In this document: positions 27,053 to 32,423 of the stretch, one piece after another
Layout of the letters: each line of letters opens with the position of its first letter
Position numbering within the stretch: the stretch's first letter is position 1
Source of the DNA: an uncultured Chthonomonadaceae bacterium
GTDB lineage: Bacteria; Armatimonadota; Chthonomonadetes; Chthonomonadales; Chthonomonadaceae
DNA length: 32,423 nucleotides
Assembly: GCA_963835065.1 (NCBI GenBank)
Contig: CAWIEK010000021.1
Location: forward strand, 1 to 32,423
Direction: 5' to 3'
The notes under the pieces: generated by a model
What the model saw: the letters and a program-made list of their open reading frames with translations, nothing else
What the model was told of the DNA's origin: nothing
The model's database searches: none
Position numbers and translations under genes: made by a program

Positions 27053-27844
27053 ATGAACTCGGACAACAAGCAGGAGAGTGAAGAACTCAACGGCGTTGAC
27101 CGCCGCCGCTTTCTGACACTGGGCGCAGCCGGCTTGACCGCGCTCGGAACCGCCGCCGCCTTGTACCCGGCAGACGCGCAGGACGCGCCCGCCAAAGGCA
27201 GTACCCCGGCCATGATTACCGCCAAACCCCTGCCCCAAAAGGTGTACAACACGGAAAAAGCCGGCATCAGCCGCAAAACCCACGATGAGCATTACAAACT
27301 CTACATGGGCTACGTCAACAAAGTCAATGAAATCCGAACCAAACTGGCCGGGCTGGGCGTTCCCGATCCGACCAAAGCCAATGCCACCTACAGCGACATC
27401 CGCGAACTGAAAGTGGAGTACTCGTTCGCGCTTGGCGGCGTCAAGAATCACGAACTCTATTTCGGGCATCTTGGCGGCGACGGCGGTGAGCCGACGGGCA
27501 TGATCGGCGACCTCATCAAGAGCGCGTTCGGCAGCTACACCAACTGGAAAGCCGACCTGAAAGCAACGGGAATTGCCGCGCGTGGTTGGGTGTGGCTGGC
27601 GCACGACCATACGGACGGCAGCCTGTTCAACTACATCGGCGACGCGCAAAACGCTTTTCCCGTCTGGCACGCCACGCCTCTCCTCGGCCTCGACGTGTAC
27701 GAACATGCCTACTGGCTGGACTTCCAAACCGCCCGCGCCAAATACATTGATGCCTTCTTCCAGGTGATAGATTGGGACGCGGTCAACGCCAACCTCAAAG
27801 TCGCCGCCGCCGTCGCCGATGCCGCCAAAGGCGCAAGAGGGTAA
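27053..27844 (+). CDS. Tat-exported Fe/Mn superoxide dismutase-family protein
   Basis: DRRRFL twin-arginine signal ending ADA; HYKLY, NHELYF and DVYEHAY metal-ligand motifs; AGGAG RBS. Confidence 0.9.
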   Translation: MNSDNKQESEELNGVDRRRFLTLGAAGLTALGTAAALYPADAQDAPAKGSTPAMITAKPLPQKVYNTEKAGISRKTHDEHYKLYMGYVNKVNEIRTKLAGLGVPDPTKANATYSDIRELKVEYSFALGGVKNHELYFGHLGGDGGEPTGMIGDLIKSAFGSYTNWKADLKATGIAARGWVWLAHDHTDGSLFNYIGDAQNAFPVWHATPLLGLDVYEHAYWLDFQTARAKYIDAFFQVIDWDAVNANLKVAAAVADAAKGARG

Positions 27845-27852
27845 TACGAATG

Positions 27853-28178
27853 AACCACCCGCTGCGCTAGAGGCACAGAGACACAGAGAGGGAACACAGA
27901 GAAAAAAGAAAAAAAGAAGGGGTAAGAACCGCGAAACACTCGAAATAAACGAAAAAAGACCAAAAGAACATGGGCAAATCCGAAGACGCCGCGCATGTTT
28001 AGAACAAGCAGGCTTCTCTTCTCTAGTTTGTAATCCTGTTTAATCCTTCTAATCCCATTAATCCTGTCTATTTCTTTTGTTCTTTTTCGTCCTGGTTCGT
28101 ATATTTCGCGGTTCTTATCTCTCCTTCTCGCATTGGTTTTTCCTCTGTGTCTCTGTGCCTCTAGCGCAGCGGGTGGTT
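27853..28178. repeat. Nested (three-family) tandem-repeat hairpin element
   Basis: 36-bp perfect IR 27853-27888 / 28143-28178; inner imperfect IR 27923-27968 / 28072-28117; innermost TAATCC-based repeat x4 at 28031-28069. Confidence 0.9.
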
Positions 28179-28201
28179 TACTTCTGCATTGGAGCGCGGC
28201 A

Positions 28202-29443
28202 ATGGACGGTTTCGCGGTGCGGGCAATTCGGGCGGAGGAGCGGGAGGAGTGCCTGCGCCTATGGGAGACGGTGTGGCCGGGCGCAAACAGCCCGGCCTAT
28301 TTCCGCCGCTACTTTTATGGCGACCGGGAATGGCTGCCGTATTATACGCAGGTGGGCGTTCTGGACGGCAAAATCGTCAGCGCGGTGCAGATTTGCAAGC
28401 GAACGGTAGCCTGTGGCGACGCCAAATTGACGATGGGCGGCATTGCCAATGTGGCGACCCTGCCGGAATATCGGGGCCGGGGCTATAATACGCAATGCCT
28501 GCAAAGCGCGATTGGCATCATGGAATCCGACGCGATGGATTTCTCATTGCTGTTTACGGGTATCCACGATTATTATGCGCGGCAGGGCTTTGAAACCATT
28601 TCGCAGGCGCGGCTTTCCGGCGTAATCCGCGCCGGGTTTGCGCCCCGTGAAACAAAGTACGCGGTTCGTAAGGCGATTGGCGATGATTTGCCTGCTATCC
28701 AACAGTGCTACGACGATTACAACCAACAGCGTCCGATTGCCGTGCAGCGCTACCCGGCGTACTGGCGCGACTGGATGAACATAAATCCGCAGCACATTCC
28801 CGAAACTTTGTTGGTAGCAGTGGAACAGACGGGCGGGGTTGTTGGTTACGTGAATACGGGCGTGTTCAAAAGCGCGGTTCCCTACAGCGCGGAGGAAGTC
28901 GGCGCAAGCATTATCGAATTTGGAACGCGGGGCGGATTGGATGTGGGGGAACAAGACGAAGCAGCCTGCGCCTTGCTGGGAACGGTAGCGCGGGAAACGC
29001 TTGCCGGTGGCGGCACACAATTACGCCTGCAAATCGCGCTGACGGCTTCCGTCCGGCAGGCATTTGAAAACATCGTCAGCGCAGCCGAACAGGCGACACG
29101 AACAAGCGGGATGGCGCGTTTATTGCACCGGGACAACCTGTTGCGCAGCCTGACAATGGGGCTGAATGACCGCTGGATTAACGCGGGACAGCCGCCCGGA
29201 ACCGTAACCTTCGCCACACCCTACGGCGCGGTTCGGCTGGATGCGACGAGCGCGTTCCTGCGCGTATCGGCAGTGGAAACAACAAACGTCGGGGAAGAAG
29301 CATTACCACAATCGGCTTTGTTCGGCCTGCTGTTTGGAATACAGACACCAGAGCAGGTGACGGCACAAAGGGAAACACGCGCCTTGCTATCCGTGCTGTT
29401 TCCGCCGCAAGATTTTGTTTACTATGGAGCCGATGGATTCTGA
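28202..29443 (+). CDS. Eis-like GNAT acetyltransferase
   Basis: MGGIANVATLPEYRGRG, SLLFTG..DYYARQGF, second GNAT-like domain; GGAG before ATG 28202. Confidence 0.88.
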   Translation: MDGFAVRAIRAEEREECLRLWETVWPGANSPAYFRRYFYGDREWLPYYTQVGVLDGKIVSAVQICKRTVACGDAKLTMGGIANVATLPEYRGRGYNTQCLQSAIGIMESDAMDFSLLFTGIHDYYARQGFETISQARLSGVIRAGFAPRETKYAVRKAIGDDLPAIQQCYDDYNQQRPIAVQRYPAYWRDWMNINPQHIPETLLVAVEQTGGVVGYVNTGVFKSAVPYSAEEVGASIIEFGTRGGLDVGEQDEAACALLGTVARETLAGGGTQLRLQIALTASVRQAFENIVSAAEQATRTSGMARLLHRDNLLRSLTMGLNDRWINAGQPPGTVTFATPYGAVRLDATSAFLRVSAVETTNVGEEALPQSALFGLLFGIQTPEQVTAQRETRALLSVLFPPQDFVYYGADGF

Positions 29444-29473
29444 CTGCTGTTGAGAAGGGAATGATGCAGGACA

Positions 29474-30511
29474 ATGGCGTTGATGCTGGATGAAATTTAT
29501 GAGCAGCCGCAGGCGATTGCATCGGCGGTAGAACAGGAATACGCTAACGTCGCGCGGCTGGTGTCGGAACTGCGCGAACGCGACATCCGGCACGTCATTA
29601 TTGCGGCGCGGGGCACGTCGGACAATGCGGCCACGTATGCCAAATACCTGCTTGAAATCGTGTGCGGCGTACCGGTTTCCCTTGCGGCTCCTTCGGTGTA
29701 CACGCTGTATGACGCTCATGTACAGTTGGGCGGCTGTCTGATGATCGGCATTTCGCAGTCCGGGCAGGCGACGGATGTGGTGCAGACGCTTTCTACGGCA
29801 AGGGCAACCGGCGCATTGACGGCCTGCATTACCAATGTGGCGAATTCGCCCATTACTTACGTCAGCGACCACGTTCTGCTATGCCATGCCGGGGAAGAAA
29901 AAGCGATTGCGGCGACCAAAACGTATACCACCGCGCTGGCGCTGATTGCGCTGCTGGCGGGGCAGTGGGGCAACAAAAGCAGCCTTCTCAATGGGCTGAA
30001 GCAAATCCCGGAACAGATGCGAGCCGTGCTGGAATTGGACGAGGTGATCGCGCAGGCGGTGGAGCGGTATCGCTACATTACGGAGTGCGCGGTTCTGGCG
30101 CGCGGCTTGAATCAGGCGACCGCTCTGGAAGCCGCGCTGAAAATGTCGGAAACAAGTTATTTGGGCGCGAACTCTTACAGCGGCGCGGACTTTCTGCACG
30201 GCCCGATTGCCATTGTAGGCGAAGGTTTTCCCTGCTTTTTGTACGTACCCGATGGACGCGCGTATCCGATGATGCTGGAACTCGCGCTGAAACTGCGGGA
30301 GCGCGCGGCGGAAATGGTTGTGATTGCCCGTTCCCACGAAGCGCTGGAACTGGCGCAGCGCCCCTTACCCATGCCTGTTGACTGCGACGAACTGCTCAGT
30401 CCCCTGCTGTACATCGTGCCGGGGCAGCTTTGGGCGTTCCATCTCGCCCATGCGCGGGGCCAAAACCCGGACAAGCCGCGCGGATTATCGAAAGTAACGC
30501 TGACAAGATAG
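29474..30511 (+). CDS. SIS-domain sugar-phosphate isomerase/deaminase (GlmS isomerase-like, no glutaminase domain)
   Basis: EIYEQP, ARGTSDNA, GISQSG, AATKTY, EAALKMSE, HGP, NPDKPRGLSKVTLTR. Confidence 0.9.
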   Translation: MALMLDEIYEQPQAIASAVEQEYANVARLVSELRERDIRHVIIAARGTSDNAATYAKYLLEIVCGVPVSLAAPSVYTLYDAHVQLGGCLMIGISQSGQATDVVQTLSTARATGALTACITNVANSPITYVSDHVLLCHAGEEKAIAATKTYTTALALIALLAGQWGNKSSLLNGLKQIPEQMRAVLELDEVIAQAVERYRYITECAVLARGLNQATALEAALKMSETSYLGANSYSGADFLHGPIAIVGEGFPCFLYVPDGRAYPMMLELALKLRERAAEMVVIARSHEALELAQRPLPMPVDCDELLSPLLYIVPGQLWAFHLAHARGQNPDKPRGLSKVTLTR

Positions 30512-30516
30512 GAGGC

Positions 30517-30629
30517 AGGCATTAGGCATTAGGCATTAGGCATTAGGAAAATTACATGTGTGGCGCTGTCTAGAACAGCCTATCCTATCATGTATGCGCC
30601 TAATGCCTAATGCCTAATGCCTAATGCCT
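30517..30629. repeat. Heptamer-armed hairpin (AGGCATT)4 / (AATGCCT)4
   Basis: 31-bp perfect IR 30517-30547 / 30599-30629 with inner TACATG/CATGTA stem; fills most of the intergenic space. Confidence 0.92.
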
Positions 30630-30644
30630 ACTTGGATTTTCGCC

Positions 30645-31823
30645 ATGAAGCGACGTGTCGCAGGAAATGTGGAAGCAATAACGGCGGAACGGCAGGGGGT
30701 GCAGGAGATACTCGTGCGCGTTGCCGTTGACGATGCAGGCGCGAGAACAGGGTATGCGGAAGGCGCGCAGCTTGCCTCGCGCGCTGACCGGCGTTCCGCC
30801 ATAAATCTGGTGGAATTAACCGGGCGCGTGTCAGTCGGTGACCGGGTGACGCTGAACACGGTTGCCGTAGAACTGCAATTGGGAACGGGCGGACAGGATT
30901 TTGTCATCGCGGTAGAGCGCGGGCAGGAACCCGACGCGCCCGCGCCCGGCCATATCCTGAAACTGCGCTATACTCCCCTGCAAATGCCCGTCCTTGCTAC
31001 GGAAGCCCCCGAAAGCCCGCATCACAACGACCTGCAAAGTTTTCAGTCGCTCAATGAAATGCCGGTTGTTTGCGCCCAACTCCACAGCCAGCTTCCCGCC
31101 ATTTGCGCGGGCGCGCGGTGGGCGCTGACGCAGCACGGCGGGCACACTCCCCCCCGCATCGCGTATATTATGACGGACGGCGCAGCCTTGCCGCTTGCCT
31201 TGAGCCGCCTCGCGCCGCAGCTGAAGGAGCAAGGCTGGCTGACGGCAACGATCACGGCGGGGCAGGCATTCGGCGGCGATTACGAGTGCATCAACCTGTA
31301 TTCCGCGCTGGCGACGGCGCAGGTGGTTGTGGGCGCGGATATGGTTGTGGTGTGTCAGGGGCCGGGCAATGTGGGAACCGGAACGCCGCTCGGATTTTCC
31401 GGCATTGAGCAGGGGCAGGCGATCAATGCCGTCGCGTCATTAGGCGGCACGGCGATTGCCGCCGCCCGTATCAGTTTTGCCGATGGGCGCAAGCGGCATC
31501 AGGGCCTCAGCCACCACACGCTGACCGTGCTGCAAACCGTCGCGCTTGCGCAGGCCATGCTGCCCTTGCCGATACTGGAAGGCGAACAGATGCAGGACTT
31601 GCTGGAAACGCTGGAAGCCGCCGGGCTGGAAGAATCGCATCAGCCGGTTTTCATTATGGCGGATGGCGGGTTGGATTTGCTGCAAACCGCCTTTCCAAAT
31701 GTAACCACGATGGGGCGCGGCCTCGACGCCGAACGTCCTTTTTTCCTGTCCGCCTGCGCGGCAGGCATTCTGGCGGGGCAGTTTATCGAAGCAAAACGCG
31801 CAAGCATGTTGACAGGGGTATAA
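30645..31823 (+). CDS. DUF3866-family protein
   Basis: LNTVAVELQLGTGG, GHILKLRYTPLQ, LHSQL, YIMTDGAALP, GQAFGGDYE, QGPGNVGTGT.LGFSG. Confidence 0.88.
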   Translation: MKRRVAGNVEAITAERQGVQEILVRVAVDDAGARTGYAEGAQLASRADRRSAINLVELTGRVSVGDRVTLNTVAVELQLGTGGQDFVIAVERGQEPDAPAPGHILKLRYTPLQMPVLATEAPESPHHNDLQSFQSLNEMPVVCAQLHSQLPAICAGARWALTQHGGHTPPRIAYIMTDGAALPLALSRLAPQLKEQGWLTATITAGQAFGGDYECINLYSALATAQVVVGADMVVVCQGPGNVGTGTPLGFSGIEQGQAINAVASLGGTAIAAARISFADGRKRHQGLSHHTLTVLQTVALAQAMLPLPILEGEQMQDLLETLEAAGLEESHQPVFIMADGGLDLLQTAFPNVTTMGRGLDAERPFFLSACAAGILAGQFIEAKRASMLTGV

Positions 31824-31832
31824 TGGAGCATC

Positions 31833-32022
31833 ATGCCTGCCGAAGACAAAGTTCATGGCCCTATCCGCAGCGCCCTGCTCAAATCCGGTTGGCGCATCAC
31901 ATCGAAACCTTTCGTGATGGAACTGGAAGGCGACTTCCTTTCGCCTGCTGATGCGTTTGGGCGATCTGGCCTTGATTGTGGTAGACATGGAAACAGAGGA
32001 GATTACGTCATGGATCGAATAA
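31833..32022 (+). pseudogene. xisH: xisH-like gene with internal deletion and frameshift
   Basis: N-terminus MPAEDKVHGPIRSALLKSGWRITSKPF; in another frame the C-terminus RLLMRLGDLALIVVDMETEEITSWIE*; central part missing. Confidence 0.75.
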
Positions 32023-32351
32023 GCAAATACCGGGCCACCATCGTAAACGCAATAATGGCTTCCAACCCTTACCGCTATCCCTCGCCCAATCCGAATGTCG
32101 AAACGCTGTTCTATCAGGACGACAAACACGACCGCTTTTTGCTGTATGTGACGGGCTGGAACGGCCAGAAAGCCATCAGCAATGTGCTTCTGGCAGTGCG
32201 GATCAAAGCAGGCAAAATCTGGATTGATGAGGATGCGACGGAGGAGGGTCTTGCGAACGCGCTGCTTGCGGCGGGCGTCCCGGAGGAAGCCATCGTGCTG
32301 GCGTTTCAGCATCCTTCCCTGCGGATGACTGGTGTGGATGCAGCCGCGTAG
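32010..32351 (+). CDS. xisI: XisI-family protein
   Basis: DDKHDRFLLYVTGW, IKAGKIWIDEDATEEGLANALLAAGVPEEAIVLAFQHP; GAGGAG RBS. Confidence 0.9.
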   Translation: MDRISKYRATIVNAIMASNPYRYPSPNPNVETLFYQDDKHDRFLLYVTGWNGQKAISNVLLAVRIKAGKIWIDEDATEEGLANALLAAGVPEEAIVLAFQHPSLRMTGVDAAA

Positions 32352-32358
32352 AGGGAAT

Positions 32359-32423
32359 GTCATGCACCCCAAGCGTAAACGCCGGGGCTTGTCCTTCCAT
32401 CTTTCCTACACAGCTGCAGGACT
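32359..32423 (+). mobile_element. Possible IS200/IS605-superfamily (IscB/IsrB-type) left end or omega-RNA 5' scaffold, cut by the window edge
   Basis: GTCATGCACCCC-AA-GCGTAAACGC-C-GGGGCTTG hairpin resembles the GTCA..ACCCC..TAAA..GGGGCTTG ends as recalled; no ORF visible. Confidence 0.45.

Noticed and set aside
28133..28201. N-terminal extension of the GNAT ORF; likewise 30624-30644, 21847-21933 and 12728-12775
   Set aside because: These extensions mostly run through repeat arms or leader DNA; downstream ATGs fit family N-termini or RBSs better.
18140..30629. Short tandem repeats considered as CRISPR arrays
   Set aside because: Units are 5-10 nt with no unique spacers, and no cas genes are present.
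31809..31824. TTGACA and TATAAT before xisH
   Set aside because: Only 4 bp apart, so they cannot be one promoter, although the -10 alone may function.
76..32400. Many long antisense or alternate-frame ORFs (e.g. 312..1001, 7387..8118, 11403..12230, 24368..25579, 25650..26600, 31440..32372)
   Set aside because: They shadow well-supported genes in GC-rich DNA and show no recognisable motifs.

Overview
GC-rich bacterial chromosomal segment, possibly Armatimonadota (inferred from the DUF1559/H-X9-DG prepilin gene and overall gene style; not provable here). Housekeeping and metabolic genes include a LysR regulator, def-fmt, two paralogous ABC exporter halves split by a WD40 lipoprotein gene, a hemolysin III protein, a phosphodiester glycosidase, DUF4337, a ROK kinase, SRAP/YedK, a frameshifted ManD/RspA dehydratase, a GT-C glycosyltransferase, a geranylgeranyl-reductase-family enzyme, a Tat-exported Fe/Mn SOD, an Eis-like GNAT, an SIS sugar-phosphate enzyme and DUF3866. 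About seven small two-gene toxin-antitoxin-like modules are interspersed, three with the putative nuclease member broken, along with an IS4-family remnant and a possible IS200/IS605 (IscB-type) end at the right edge. The most striking unexplained structure is a recurring set of hairpin elements whose arms are 6-10-nt tandem repeats. They occur as complete hairpins, nested hairpins and solo arms, sit at stop and start codons with a mostly consistent polarity, and are inserted in coding sequences (in frame in the GT-C and WD40 genes, frame-breaking in manD). A four-unit, 11-bp-phased Pho-box-like array precedes the DUF1559 gene. All family assignments come from motif recognition, not database searches.
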